Shown: in pieces, positions 1 through 9,940 of the stretch
Position numbering within the stretch: the first letter of the stretch is position 1
Layout of the letters: each line of letters starts with the position of its first letter
Origin: Alkanindiges sp. WGS2144
GTDB lineage: Bacteria > Pseudomonadota > Gammaproteobacteria > Pseudomonadales > Moraxellaceae
DNA: 32,000 bases
Assembly (NCBI RefSeq): GCF_043950625.1
Contig: NZ_CP171007.1
Reading direction: 5' to 3' (one strand)
Notes under the pieces: model-generated
The model's input: the letters and a program-made list of their open reading frames with translations, nothing else
Database searches by the model: none
Told to the model about the DNA's origin: nothing
Program-made: the position numbers and the translations under genes

Positions 1-473
1 CGGTGATTTTGCCCACCACCAATAGTCACTGCATATTTTTGTGCAATGCGCAGGCCGGGCAGGGTTTTACGTGTATCTAGCAACTTGGTATTCAAGCCAT
101 CAAGCAAGGCCACATAGCTGGCCACTTTGGTTGCGACTGCAGACAGGGTTTGAACAAAATTCAGTGCTGGACGTTCTCCGGTAAGCAGACTTCTGGCGTT
201 GCCGCTAATTTCCAAAAAGGCGTCGTTGGCTTTTAAATGAGTGCCCTCTGCCTGTAGCCAATTGAGTTGCACACTGGCATCCAGTTGCTTAAACAAGGCA
301 TTGACCCACGGTTGGCCAGCCAGCACCATCGATTCACGGGTAATGACTACAGCTTTGGCCTGCTCTTGCTCAGGAATCAGCATGGCAGTAATGTCACCGC
401 TGCCAATATCTTCTGCCAGAGCCTGGTGAATATTTTGTGAAATAGATTGCGCCAGTAGGTCTGTAGAAATCAT
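1..473 (-). CDS. nadC: Nicotinate-nucleotide diphosphorylase (quinolinate phosphoribosyltransferase), N-terminal part; the 3' end lies beyond the left window edge
   Basis: Manual translation of the reverse strand from the ATG at 473-471 gives MISTDLLAQSISQNIHQALAEDIGSGDITAMLIPEQ...SLLTGERPALNFVQTLSAVATKVASYV...LDTRKTLPGLRIAQKYAVTIGGGQNH. These are typical NadC motifs (LTGER.ALNF, LDTRKT.PGLR, QKYAV..GGG.NHR). The frame is open to position 1, so the ORF track does not list it. Confidence 0.85.
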   Translation of the reverse strand, partial: MISTDLLAQSISQNIHQALAEDIGSGDITAMLIPEQEQAKAVVITRESMVLAGQPWVNALFKQLDASVQLNWLQAEGTHLKANDAFLEISGNARSLLTGERPALNFVQTLSAVATKVASYVALLDGLNTKLLDTRKTLPGLRIAQKYAVTIGGGQNH

Positions 474-623
474 AAAACCAACCCGTTTTCGTTTAAGGTA
501 ATATAAAAGAACAAATTTCAGTAGCAATATGTGATCGGATAGACATTATCCGACAGATAAAAGTTCGCCAAAACTGATCAAACAAGTATATAGTAAGCAA
601 TCAAGGAACGATAACTGTTATTA

Positions 624-2984
624 GTGTGTATGGCCATGAGTAGTCAAAATCAGATACCCAGCGGATCTGCAATATTGCTGCGCTTTACTGACATATTGCG
701 CCCTCAAGTGCTTGCATATTTTCAATCGCGTTTTCAGGCATTTTTAACCGAGCTGCCATCCCATTTGATGACAGCTTGTGAGGGCTTACCAGATGGCCAG
801 CAGCAGGCCTATCTGGATATTATTATATTATTGCGCCATCGCCGTGAGGAGATTGGGGCGCAGGTGGGGCAGTTATTTAATCAAAAATGGCAGAATTTTC
901 AGCAGCTCTCTCATCAGTCGCCTGAGCAGGAACAAAAAACAGGTGGTTTGTCACTGGATTCCATTTCACTCATTGCGTCGGATGAGCTGGAACAGAATGT
1001 GGTTATTGAAACTTTATCCACTCGCTTACAGCATCAGATTGATGAGGTGATGAGTGATGCGTTTAATCGCCTACATGCACTCTTGCCAGCCTTAAAACAT
1101 ACCGACCAATTACCATTTCATCCCAAAGTGTTATTACAGTTAGTGCCTGAAAGCTTTGGTGATGCCAGTTTGAGCATTGTGCAAAATACTGTATTGCTCA
1201 AGCAGTTTGCTGCTATGCTGGATATGCGCGAAGTGGCAAATCAGGTCAAACACGCACTTGAGCAGGCACAGGTTCCCATCCCTGCGGTGGTGGCAAAAAC
1301 TAGCGATAGCAGCGAAATTGCTGCGGAAGAAGAACCCGATCTGGTTGATGTATTGCGTGATATTCGTGATTTAAACCAGAAAAATGCCGGTACCGGGCAG
1401 GGTGGCACTGCTGAGCCGGGCAGCAAGGCTGTGCTGGATACTGATCCCAACTCACCTTTGCTGCAAACCACCAGCTCAGGCGGCATTGTGGTTGATCCTG
1501 CCCGCTTGGTTGAGCAGGCAGCCCAATTTGCCCAGATTAGCCAGAGTGTAGCCAGTGTGCCGCTCATGCCACAAAATATTTTTCCACTGGCGCAGGAACA
1601 GCTGCTTGCTACTACTGAGCTGATGGATCGCCTGAGCAAATTGCAGGATGTACAGCCGCGTACTTCCATTGCAGAAAATGCTGATATCCAGTCGGTGGCA
1701 GAGGTGCGCGAGCATATTCGTGGACAATTGCAGAACGATGAGGATACGGTTGAGGTCATTGGGCAAAAAGATACCGATATTATTAATCTGGTATCGGCCA
1801 TGTTTGACTATATTCTGGACGATCAGGATTTGCCCACGGCCATGAAAGCACTGATTGGCCGCTTGCAGATTCCCATGCTCAAAGTGGCATTGCTGGATGA
1901 GCAGTTTTTCAAAACTGAAAAACATCCGGCGCGTTTATTGCTCAATAGTCTGGCCAAGGCTGGCGTAGGCTGGGATGAAAAAGCACAGGCGTCTGATGTT
2001 TTATACAAAAAAATCGAAGAGACGGTTTTTAATATTCTGACCGACTTTAGTAGTGATATGGGGCTTTTTGAAAGCCTATTGGTTGATTTTGACAAGTTTT
2101 ATGAAGAACAGCAGGCGCGGGTAGCCCTGATTGATCAGCGTACCCGTGAGGCTGAAGAGCGGCGTGCCAAGGCTGAGCTGGCACGCAGTGAGGTACAGCT
2201 GGTACTCAACCAGAAATTAACGGGTCGCCGTTTGCCACTGGCTGTAATTCGCCTGTTGCAGGACGGCTGGCGTCATGTGTTGTATTTGTCCTTTTTAAAG
2301 GATGGCAAAGAGTCAGAATCCTGGCGTCAGGCCGTGAAAGTCATTGACGCACTCATCTGGTCGATGATGCCGGTTAAGGATGATCCAGTGTGGCTGGAGC
2401 GGCTTAAGAGTGTCACGCCCAAACTGATCAATAGTCTTAAAAAAGGCCTGGCTTCGGTAAATTTTGATCCAATCAAGTCTGAAACCCTGCTGCGCGAAAT
2501 TGAGCGGGTGCATCAGGAAACGATTGATGGGCTAGACACGCCGGTGGTGGAAATTCTAACTGAAGACCAGAATGTCAAGGCAGATGGCGTTGAGCGCGTT
2601 GGGGTGGATCAGGCGGTAACTGGTAGCGACACTGACTTTAAAAGTGTGGTTCTGCCAAAATCCGAGCTGGTAGACCTGTATCAGGGCGAAACCCTGCCTG
2701 CCACAGACAAGCATGTGCAAATTGTAAAACAGCTCAGGGTAGGCACCTGGATTGAGTTCATCGCTACCGATCAACGTGAACGTCACAAACTGGTAGCCCG
2801 TATTCGTACCATGGAAAAACTGATTTTTGCCAATCGCCGCGGTATTAAGGTGGCAGAAATGTCGCAAATGCATCTGGCGGTTGAGTTTAGCCAGGGACGT
2901 GCTCGCTTGCTGGATGATCAGCCACAAATTATTGATCGTGCGCTGCAATCAGTAGTGGGCGGTTTAAGACATCTAACCGCGTGA
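624..2984 (+). CDS. Large conserved hypothetical protein, probably DUF1631 family
   Basis: 786-codon ORF with no competing frame. The size and its position between nadC and ampD match my recollection of the DUF1631 gene in Pseudomonas. The start could be GTG 624, ATG 630 or ATG 636. The stop overlaps the ampD start (GTGA). Confidence 0.7.
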   Translation: MCMAMSSQNQIPSGSAILLRFTDILRPQVLAYFQSRFQAFLTELPSHLMTACEGLPDGQQQAYLDIIILLRHRREEIGAQVGQLFNQKWQNFQQLSHQSPEQEQKTGGLSLDSISLIASDELEQNVVIETLSTRLQHQIDEVMSDAFNRLHALLPALKHTDQLPFHPKVLLQLVPESFGDASLSIVQNTVLLKQFAAMLDMREVANQVKHALEQAQVPIPAVVAKTSDSSEIAAEEEPDLVDVLRDIRDLNQKNAGTGQGGTAEPGSKAVLDTDPNSPLLQTTSSGGIVVDPARLVEQAAQFAQISQSVASVPLMPQNIFPLAQEQLLATTELMDRLSKLQDVQPRTSIAENADIQSVAEVREHIRGQLQNDEDTVEVIGQKDTDIINLVSAMFDYILDDQDLPTAMKALIGRLQIPMLKVALLDEQFFKTEKHPARLLLNSLAKAGVGWDEKAQASDVLYKKIEETVFNILTDFSSDMGLFESLLVDFDKFYEEQQARVALIDQRTREAEERRAKAELARSEVQLVLNQKLTGRRLPLAVIRLLQDGWRHVLYLSFLKDGKESESWRQAVKVIDALIWSMMPVKDDPVWLERLKSVTPKLINSLKKGLASVNFDPIKSETLLREIERVHQETIDGLDTPVVEILTEDQNVKADGVERVGVDQAVTGSDTDFKSVVLPKSELVDLYQGETLPATDKHVQIVKQLRVGTWIEFIATDQRERHKLVARIRTMEKLIFANRRGIKVAEMSQMHLAVEFSQGRARLLDDQPQIIDRALQSVVGGLRHLTA

Positions 2985-3625
2985 GTTCTACTTTATTATC
3001 TGCAACAGCCAATAGCAGCCAGTTTTTATCTGGCCAGAACCTGACGTGCTGGGCGATTAACAACGGCTGGTTGCAGGGTGGCATGTTAGGTGACAAAGTT
3101 GTCAGCATTCGTCATGTGCCATCGCCCAATTTTAACCAGCGGCCAGCAGATACCCTGGTGCGCCTGATTGTACTGCACAATATCAGCCTGCCACCGGGAC
3201 AGTTTGCTGGCAATTATATTGAGCAGTTTTTTCAAAATCAGCTGGATCCGGCTGTACATCCGTATTTTCAGACCATTGCCGAGCTCAAAGTATCAGCCCA
3301 TGTTCTGATATTGCGTAGCGGTGAAGTTATTCAGTTTGTGTCTTTTGACGACCGTGCCTGGCATGCGGGACGCTCAAGCTATCTGGGCGTGCCGGAATGT
3401 AATGATTATTCTATTGGTATAGAGCTGGAAGGCACAGATGATCTGCCTTTTACGGCTGCCCAGTATCAGGCATTGATTCCAACCTTGCGCAGTATTCAGC
3501 AGGCTTATCCGCGCACGCGCTATCATCTGGCCGGGCATTCCGATATTGCACCGGGACGCAAGACTGATCCGGGTGACCATCTGGACTGGCAAACCATTCG
3601 GCGCTATCTGGTATCAGAGCGCTGA
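2981..3625 (+). CDS. ampD: 1,6-anhydro-N-acetylmuramyl-L-alanine amidase AmpD
   Basis: Amidase_2 fold motifs are present: IVLHNISLPPG, SAHVLILRSGEVIQFV, RAWHAGRSSY, IGIELEG, LAGHSDIAPGRKTDPG. The length of 214 aa is close to that of known AmpD proteins. Confidence 0.9.
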   Translation: MSSTLLSATANSSQFLSGQNLTCWAINNGWLQGGMLGDKVVSIRHVPSPNFNQRPADTLVRLIVLHNISLPPGQFAGNYIEQFFQNQLDPAVHPYFQTIAELKVSAHVLILRSGEVIQFVSFDDRAWHAGRSSYLGVPECNDYSIGIELEGTDDLPFTAAQYQALIPTLRSIQQAYPRTRYHLAGHSDIAPGRKTDPGDHLDWQTIRRYLVSER

Positions 3626-3758
3626 TAAGCTGGCCTCTATAACTTATGGGATAATCCTGTCCGGCTACCAGGCAAGGCAGTAGTCATCAATAACAAGCGT
3701 GTTCTATTACAATTTTAGTCAGAAAATTCATCTACAATAACGCATTTTAATTCAGTAT

Positions 3759-5318
3759 TTGCTTGGGGATACCGCTTTGTGGCGCTCTACTTTTATCTTT
3801 AGTGCAATGACCATGCTATCGCGCATTCTGGGGCTGGTGCGCGATATGGTGTTGCTCAATGTGTTTGGCGCCGGCGGCGTGTTTGACACCTTTGTGGTAG
3901 CATTTCGCATTCCCAATTTTTTTCGCCGCCTGTTTGCTGAAGGGGCGTTCTCCCAAGCCTTTATTCCGGTGCTGACCGAATATAAAACCACACGCACCCA
4001 TGCCGAAGTTCAACTACTGATTGGCAGTGTTGCAGGTACGCTGCTTACGATTTTACTGCCACTCACCATTATTGCCCTGTTTGCGGCACCGGCCATTATG
4101 TATGTGTATGCGCCGGGTTTTCACGATAATCCCGAAAAATTTGCCATTGCGGTAGATTTGTTTCGCCTGACCTTTCCTTATTTGCTGTTTATGTCGATGA
4201 CGGCGTTATCCAGCAGTATCTTAAATAGCTATGGTTCATTTGCCAGTACCGCATTTGCGCCAGTTTTGCTGAATATCTGCCAGATTGCTGCAGCGTGGTG
4301 GTTTGTGGATTATTTCTCTGAGCAGCCAATCATGGTGTTGGGCTGGGCAGTACTGGTAGCCGGTATGCTACAACTGGCGTTGCAGATTCCTGAGCTCTGG
4401 CGTAAAAAGCTGCTGGCACCACCACGGGTGGATTTTAAGCATGAAGGCGTGGAGCGGATTTTACGCCTGATGCTGCCAGCATTATTTGGCGTGTCGGTGA
4501 CGCAAATCAATTTATTGCTCAATACTATCTGGGCATCGTTTATGCAGGATGGTTCGGTGTCGTGGCTGTACACTGCTGAGCGCATGACCGAGCTACCGCT
4601 GGGCTTAATTGGCATTGCCATTGCCAGTGTAATTTTACCGTCGTTGTCTGCGCAGCATGCCGAAAAAAATCATGAGAAATTTCGTGCCATGATTGACTGG
4701 GCAGCGCGGGTAATCATGTTAGTGGGTATTCCGGCCAGTCTTGCCATGTTTGTATTGGCAGAGCCCATTATTCAGGCATTATTCCAGCATGGCGAATTTA
4801 GCGCCCGTGATGTACAAATGACTGCGGTTGCGCTGCGTGGGATGGCAGGGGGTATTTTGGCCTTTATGCTGATCAAGATTTTTGCCCCCGGTTTTTATGC
4901 CCGGCAGGATACCAAAACCCCGGTCAAGATTGGCCTGATTGCCGTGTTTGCTAATATGCTGTTTAACGTGGTGCTCATTAGCTTGTTTAAATTGATGGAC
5001 TGGCACGCGGCACATATTGCGCTGGCGGTCTCATCTACAGGCTCGGCTTTTGTGAATGCAGGGCTGTTGTACTGGTATTTGCACAAGGAAAATATATTTC
5101 GCTTTGGCGGACACTGGAAAAAAACCATGCTGCAATATGCGCTTGCCAATATTGCTATGGTGGCGGTGTTGCTCTGGGTTATGCCGTTTTATCAGGCTGA
5201 TGCCAGTCAGTGGTTAAGGGTAATTGAACTGCTGGCCTTGTGTGCATTGGGTGCGGCAGTATATGGTGCCGTGTTATTGCTGAGCGGGTTTAGGCCGCGC
5301 CATTTGCGTCATGACTAA
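3759..5318 (+). CDS. murJ: Lipid II flippase MurJ (MviN)
   Basis: N-terminus MTMLSRILGLVRDMVLLNVFGAGGVFDTFVVAFRIPNFFRRLFAEGAFSQAFIPVL is the MurJ signature. The protein is polytopic (about 14 hydrophobic segments) and 519 aa long. A TTG start at 3759 is assumed, but the TTG at 3777 is also possible. Confidence 0.92.
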   Translation: MLGDTALWRSTFIFSAMTMLSRILGLVRDMVLLNVFGAGGVFDTFVVAFRIPNFFRRLFAEGAFSQAFIPVLTEYKTTRTHAEVQLLIGSVAGTLLTILLPLTIIALFAAPAIMYVYAPGFHDNPEKFAIAVDLFRLTFPYLLFMSMTALSSSILNSYGSFASTAFAPVLLNICQIAAAWWFVDYFSEQPIMVLGWAVLVAGMLQLALQIPELWRKKLLAPPRVDFKHEGVERILRLMLPALFGVSVTQINLLLNTIWASFMQDGSVSWLYTAERMTELPLGLIGIAIASVILPSLSAQHAEKNHEKFRAMIDWAARVIMLVGIPASLAMFVLAEPIIQALFQHGEFSARDVQMTAVALRGMAGGILAFMLIKIFAPGFYARQDTKTPVKIGLIAVFANMLFNVVLISLFKLMDWHAAHIALAVSSTGSAFVNAGLLYWYLHKENIFRFGGHWKKTMLQYALANIAMVAVLLWVMPFYQADASQWLRVIELLALCALGAAVYGAVLLLSGFRPRHLRHD

Positions 5319-5390
5319 CATTCCACCTTGTCCGGCTGTGCTTATGCTAAGCTAGCTGGCAGTTGAGTGGTCAAATAAAATGAGATTGAC

Positions 5391-5699
5391 ATGACATTGC
5401 AGGCTAAACTGGAACTGTGTTTACAGCAGTTAGAACCGCTGGAAATGCTGATTGAAAATGAATCACATGGACATGGGGGTTATTTTCCTGGCAAGGAATC
5501 ACATTTTAAGGTGGTGATTGTGAGTTCCCAGTTTGATGGCCTGCGGCTGGTGCAGCGGCATCAGAAAATCTATGCGGCGGTGGGTGACCTGATTGCACCC
5601 AGTCGTATTCATGCGCTGGCCATTCATGCCTATACGCCACAAGAGTGGAAAGGGCAGTCACCGGATAGCCCGCAATGTGCGCACCAGCCCAAAACCTGA
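5391..5699 (+). CDS. BolA family protein
   Basis: A 102-aa ORF with BolA-like features: ENESHGH...SHFKVVIVSSQFDGLRLVQRHQKIYAAV...IHALAIHAYTPQEW. Confidence 0.8.
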   Translation: MTLQAKLELCLQQLEPLEMLIENESHGHGGYFPGKESHFKVVIVSSQFDGLRLVQRHQKIYAAVGDLIAPSRIHALAIHAYTPQEWKGQSPDSPQCAHQPKT

Positions 5700-5775
5700 G
5701 CCAGTTCCATAAGCAGCCACATGACCATACAATTTGCCATTGGGCATTATTAGCATACCGACAAGAGGAACTGGT

Positions 5776-6222
5776 GTGGATTCACATTTGATCTTTAAAA
5801 TTGTTCACATGACTTTTGGCAGTCTGGCATTGATTGTCCTGCTGATCCGAATGGCGCTGCTGTTCTGGGTACCACAAAACCAGCCGGGTAGAGCCGGACA
5901 GATTGCCCTGACCGCTATGCTGCATTTGTCATTCACGGTGTTAATCATTAGCGGTGTGACCTTGCTGTATCAAAACCAGTTTGTGGTGCAGCCGTGGTTC
6001 TATGGAAAAATTATTTTGTTTCTGGTGATTTTATCGGCAACGTTTAAAGCGTTTGGCAAGAGGGACATTAGCCTGGCGCAGCGTAGAGCGGGTGCTTTTA
6101 TTGCGACCATTGCCTTTGCCGGCTTGTTAACGCTGGTGATATGGAAGCCAGATTTTTCTGAGCATAACGTCTCTCCTGCGCAGCCTGTCCTACAGTCAGG
6201 CACAGTGCAGGGTGTTGAATAA
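5776..6222 (+). CDS. SirB2-like small integral membrane protein
   Basis: The protein has four hydrophobic helices and an N-terminus (HLIFKIVHMTFGSLALIVLLIRMALLFW) that resembles SirB2-family proteins. I prefer GTG 5776, which follows AAGAGGAA at 5763-5770, over the track's TTG at 5734. Confidence 0.5.
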   Translation: MDSHLIFKIVHMTFGSLALIVLLIRMALLFWVPQNQPGRAGQIALTAMLHLSFTVLIISGVTLLYQNQFVVQPWFYGKIILFLVILSATFKAFGKRDISLAQRRAGAFIATIAFAGLLTLVIWKPDFSEHNVSPAQPVLQSGTVQGVE

Positions 6223-6262
6223 TTTAAACTAAAGCAGACCAAATTTTAAGCAGGGGGTTGCA

Positions 6263-7096
6263 ATGCGTCGAGTGGTATTTAATCAAAAAGGCGGGGTGGG
6301 CAAGTCCAGCATTACCGTAAACCTGGCAGCCATTAGTGCAGCACGTGGCAAGCGTACACTGGTGATTGATCTGGATCCGCAAAGCAACTCCAGTCAGTAC
6401 TTGCTAGGCGAAAAAGCTACTTACGGGCAAAATAATCCGGTACTGGAGCCCAACGTTGAAACTTTTTTTGATGATGTGCTCAATGCCACGCAGGGTAAAG
6501 GTTTAATTGGCTCGGCTTTAGGTTCAATTTTAAAACAAAAAGAGCGTGGACTGGATGTGGTAATTCACGGTACACCATTTGATAATTTGTTTGTTATACC
6601 GTCTAGTCCGAATCTGGGCAGCCTTGAGCATGCGTTGCAAAGCAAGCACAAGATTTTTAAGTTACGTGATGCTTTAAATGAGCTAGCCAGCCAGTATGAC
6701 GAGATCTTTATTGATACGCCGCCAGCCTTTAACTTTTTTACCCTGTCGGCCTTGATTGCAGCGGATCGGGTGGTGATTCCCTTTGATTGTGATGTGTTTT
6801 CACGTCGTGCCTTGCTCACCTTGCTGGAAAACGTGGTAGAGGCCAAAGGTGACCATAACCCCCGTCTGGAAGTGGAAGGTATTGTGGTGAATCAGTTCCA
6901 GAGCCAGGCCAAGTTGCCGCAGCAGGTGGTGCAGGAATTAAAGGATGAAGGCTTGCCGGTGTTTAATACCATGCTGCCCAGTTCGGTGGTGATGAAAGAG
7001 TCACATCAAAAAAACAAGCCGCTGATTCATTTGAACAAGGATCACAAACTTACCCAGGCGTATGTTAATTTATTTGATGAAATTAGCCCCGCCTAA
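6263..7096 (+). CDS. ParA/MinD-family P-loop ATPase (orphan; no parB in window)
   Basis: Deviant Walker A (NQKGGVGKSSITVNLA) is followed by VIDLDPQSNSS, and a Walker B-like IFIDTPPAF is present. The protein is 277 aa. Confidence 0.85.
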   Translation: MRRVVFNQKGGVGKSSITVNLAAISAARGKRTLVIDLDPQSNSSQYLLGEKATYGQNNPVLEPNVETFFDDVLNATQGKGLIGSALGSILKQKERGLDVVIHGTPFDNLFVIPSSPNLGSLEHALQSKHKIFKLRDALNELASQYDEIFIDTPPAFNFFTLSALIAADRVVIPFDCDVFSRRALLTLLENVVEAKGDHNPRLEVEGIVVNQFQSQAKLPQQVVQELKDEGLPVFNTMLPSSVVMKESHQKNKPLIHLNKDHKLTQAYVNLFDEISPA

Positions 7097-7132
7097 CCTG
7101 ACTGGTGGGCATAACCCAAGGAGTGCGCCAGC

Positions 7133-7531
7133 ATGCTAAAGCAAACTTGTCTGTTATCGTTGGGCGTATTGGCAGGCGCTGCCTTGCTAATGGCTGGTTG
7201 TGCTTCCAGCGTTAAGCCCATATATGTGTCGCCTACTCAATATCAGGCTTTAAACTGCCAGCAGCTACATGCCGAATACGCCCGTATTGGGCAGTATATT
7301 CAGCGTGGCGTGAGCAGCCCTAAAACCACGGGTGTTGGGGTAGGACTGGGTGTTGGCGGAATTTTTGGCCGTGGCGGTGGCTGGGGTATTGGGCCTAGTG
7401 TGTCGGTTAATATGGGGCAGTCGCAGCGCACACAAAACTCTGAGTTGGCGCGTGTGTTGGGCGAGCAGGAAGCCATTGCCCAAGCGGCACAGTTTAAGGG
7501 TTGCCCGATTGCGGCGTCAAAACGCAGCTAG
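7133..7531 (+). CDS. Hypothetical lipoprotein with a glycine-zipper-like core
   Basis: A signal peptide ends in the lipobox LLMAG|C. The central stretch GVGVGLGVGGIFGRGGGWGIGP is Gly-rich. The gene starts 36 nt downstream of the ParA-like gene. I recognise no family. Confidence 0.6.
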   Translation: MLKQTCLLSLGVLAGAALLMAGCASSVKPIYVSPTQYQALNCQQLHAEYARIGQYIQRGVSSPKTTGVGVGLGVGGIFGRGGGWGIGPSVSVNMGQSQRTQNSELARVLGEQEAIAQAAQFKGCPIAASKRS

Positions 7532-7585
7532 GTATTGACTGACGTGCCATTAAAGCTGAAGAGGTGATCTGCTAATCTCTTCCTG

Positions 7586-8872
7586 CTAACCTTGTTTGCT
7601 GGGACTCCAGCGCATATCCTGCAAGCGTGCAGTTTCCTGTTCACGAGCATTTTTGGCGGGTGTATAAAAACGTTTGCCTTTAAGTTCAGGCGGCAAGTAC
7701 TCCTGCTGCACAAAATGATTGGGAAAATTGTGCGCATACTTGTAGCCTGCCCCGTAGCCTTGCTGTTTCATCAGCTTGGTGGGCGCATTGCGCAAATGTA
7801 AGGGCACTGGCAAATGACTGGTTTTCTCAGCGGCAGCCAATGCAGCATCAATGGCTAAGTAAGTACTATTACTTTTGGCACTGGTAGCCAGGTACACCGC
7901 AGTTTGCCCCAGAATAATACGGCACTCCGGGTAGCCAATCGCCTGCACCGCCCGGAAACATTCACCCGCCAGCAGTAAGGCATTGGGGTTGGCATTGCCA
8001 ATGTCTTCACTGGCTAAAATTAGCATACGGCGGGCAATAAATACCGGGTCTTCGCCGCCCTTAATCATGCGTGCCATCCAGTACAGTGCCGCATCCGGAT
8101 CGCTGCCGCGCATGGATTTAATAAACGCTGACACAATATCGTAATGCTGTTCACCGCTTTTGTCGTAGCGGGCAATGTTTTGCTGAGCAGTATTAATCAC
8201 CAGATCATTATCAATAATAATCGGTTCAATATTTTGTGTGCTGATGACCAGCTCCAGCAGGTTTAATAGTTTGCGTGCATCGCCAGCTGCTAGCTGTAGC
8301 AAGGCATCTGTTTGCTGAATCTCAATATTTTTGTCTTTTAAAAAGGTGTCCTGTGTGAGCGCCCGCTCAATGACCTGTAATTGCTCGGTTGGAGTTAAAG
8401 GTTCCAGCACATAGACCTGACAGCGGGACAATAATGCACTATTGACTTCAAACGACGGATTTTCAGTGGTTGCACCAATTAAGGTAATTTTGCCTTTTTC
8501 CACGGCAGCCAGTAGCGCATCCTGCTGTGATTTATTAAAACGGTGAATTTCGTCAATAAATACGACCGGGGTGACCAGTTCATTGCCTTGCCCGATGAGT
8601 TCACGCAGTTCTTTTACACCCGTGCTAATGGCCGACAGGCTAATAAATGGCCGGTCAACTGCCTCTGCCAACAATAGTGCCAATGTGGTTTTGCCTACCC
8701 CCGGTGGCCCCCAGAAAATAATGGAAGGCAGATTACCCTGATCAATCATTTTGCGTAGCGGGGCATTTTCACTCAGCAGATGCTGCTGGCCGATGACTTC
8801 GGATAGCTGACGGGGGCGAATGCGTTCAGGCAGGGGAATGGCAGGGGTCATGGTAAAAGTTTTAGTCATCAC
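7586..8872 (-). CDS. rarA: Replication-associated recombination protein A (AAA+ ATPase RarA/MgsA)
   Basis: Walker A (GPPGVGKTTLA), Walker B (VVFIDEIHRFNKSQQDALL), sensor region (LIGATTENPSFEVNSALLSRC) and the C-terminal MgsA domain (YDIVSAFIKSMRGSDPDAALYWMARMI..GEDP) are all present. Confidence 0.92.
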   Translation of the reverse strand: MMTKTFTMTPAIPLPERIRPRQLSEVIGQQHLLSENAPLRKMIDQGNLPSIIFWGPPGVGKTTLALLLAEAVDRPFISLSAISTGVKELRELIGQGNELVTPVVFIDEIHRFNKSQQDALLAAVEKGKITLIGATTENPSFEVNSALLSRCQVYVLEPLTPTEQLQVIERALTQDTFLKDKNIEIQQTDALLQLAAGDARKLLNLLELVISTQNIEPIIIDNDLVINTAQQNIARYDKSGEQHYDIVSAFIKSMRGSDPDAALYWMARMIKGGEDPVFIARRMLILASEDIGNANPNALLLAGECFRAVQAIGYPECRIILGQTAVYLATSAKSNSTYLAIDAALAAAEKTSHLPVPLHLRNAPTKLMKQQGYGAGYKYAHNFPNHFVQQEYLPPELKGKRFYTPAKNAREQETARLQDMRWSPSKQG

Positions 8873-8997
8873 TTAGAAAGCAATCATAACCAATTTTAAA
8901 AGCTTATAGGCTAAAGCCACGCTAAAATATTGATAAGTTGGGTAAGTTTAGGTATCCCGTTGCAGGCTGGTGCTCAACTAGACCTTGCTGCCCGGTT

Positions 8998-9357
8998 TTA
9001 AGGATGCTGAATCCGGTACAGTCTGAATGCAATTAAGGTAAGCGCCAGCCAGAAAACATAAGAAATAATAAAGCTGCACCATATAAATTCATCAAGCGGC
9101 GCAAGAAAGAGACTTAATGGGTTCATGGACACGCTGCCCACTGGCGAGATCACACCATCGACGATAAAGGGCTTGGGGAAACCTGCCGCAATGATTTCGC
9201 AGCCTTGCTCGCAATCTAGTGTGCCCGGCCGGGTGACCTGAACCTCAGCAGGTACCAGTAAGGATAGCCAGGTGAGTACCAGGGCAATGAGTAATTGGAG
9301 AAGCAGGCGGTTTTTTTTAGACAGGCGTTTGGGCATTATCAATTCGTGTATATCCAT
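8998..9357 (-). CDS. Hypothetical membrane protein
   Basis: A 119-aa ORF with two hydrophobic segments and no overlapping better ORF. I recognise no family. Confidence 0.4.
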   Translation of the reverse strand: MDIHELIMPKRLSKKNRLLLQLLIALVLTWLSLLVPAEVQVTRPGTLDCEQGCEIIAAGFPKPFIVDGVISPVGSVSMNPLSLFLAPLDEFIWCSFIISYVFWLALTLIAFRLYRIQHP

Positions 9358-9432
9358 AACAGGATGACTTTACTACAGCACAAACAGCGGGTGACAGTCA
9401 TGCTAGGGTTGGTGATATTTTGTGACTTTGGC

Positions 9433-9882
9433 TTAGCGCACCCACTTCACCACGTATTCCTCAATGTCGTCCGGGTCTATGTCAGTTTCGGAAATACAGC
9501 GCCCGGCAACTGATTTTTTGGCAGGAATATCAGATCGTGCCTTGCCGGTGATTAAAGGATGCCAGTTAGGTAAATCCAGTCCCATATGTACCCGTTTATA
9601 AGCACAGCTTTTGGGCAGCCAGTGTAAATCAGGAACCATGGCTGGGGTGAGTTGCAGGCAATCCGGCACAAACTGCTGACGTCTGGCGTAATCGCTGCAC
9701 TGCGCGGTTTGGGTATCTAGCAGCTTGCAGGCCACTTTGGTGTACACCACTTCACCGTTGTCTTCATCTTCCAGCTTGACCAGACAACATAGTCCACAGC
9801 CATCACACAGTGCCTCCCATTCATGCGGGTTAAGCTGGTCTAGTGGATAGTGTTTCCAGAAATGCGGACGAAGTAAAGACAT
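9433..9882 (-). CDS. ycgN: YcgN-family cysteine-cluster protein (UPF0260)
   Basis: From the ATG at 9882, MSLLRPHFWKHYPLDQLNPHEWEALCDGCGLCCLVKLEDEDNGEVVYTKVACKLLD...CAY...WHPLITG lines up with E. coli YcgN (about 150 aa). The track's upstream start at 9948 adds 22 non-conserved residues and overlaps the tsaC stop. Confidence 0.8.
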   Translation of the reverse strand: MSLLRPHFWKHYPLDQLNPHEWEALCDGCGLCCLVKLEDEDNGEVVYTKVACKLLDTQTAQCSDYARRQQFVPDCLQLTPAMVPDLHWLPKSCAYKRVHMGLDLPNWHPLITGKARSDIPAKKSVAGRCISETDIDPDDIEEYVVKWVR

Positions 9883-9940
9883 GGGAGCTGACAAAAACAG
9901 GCTACGGCAGGGTAGGCGCAAAGTATAGCACAGCGGGTTT

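Noticed and set aside
535-553. A 7-bp inverted repeat TCGGATA-N5-TATCCGA in the nadC/DUF1631 divergent intergenic region, considered as a possible NAD-regulator operator.
   Set aside because: It is too short to distinguish from chance in about 150 bp of intergenic DNA, and I cannot match it to a known NadR, NiaR or NrtR motif from memory.
7558-7583. The hairpin GAAGAG-N13-CTCTTC between the convergent lipoprotein and rarA genes, considered as a bidirectional terminator.
   Set aside because: The stem is only 6 bp, the loop is large, and there is no flanking U-run on either strand. That is not enough to call a terminator.
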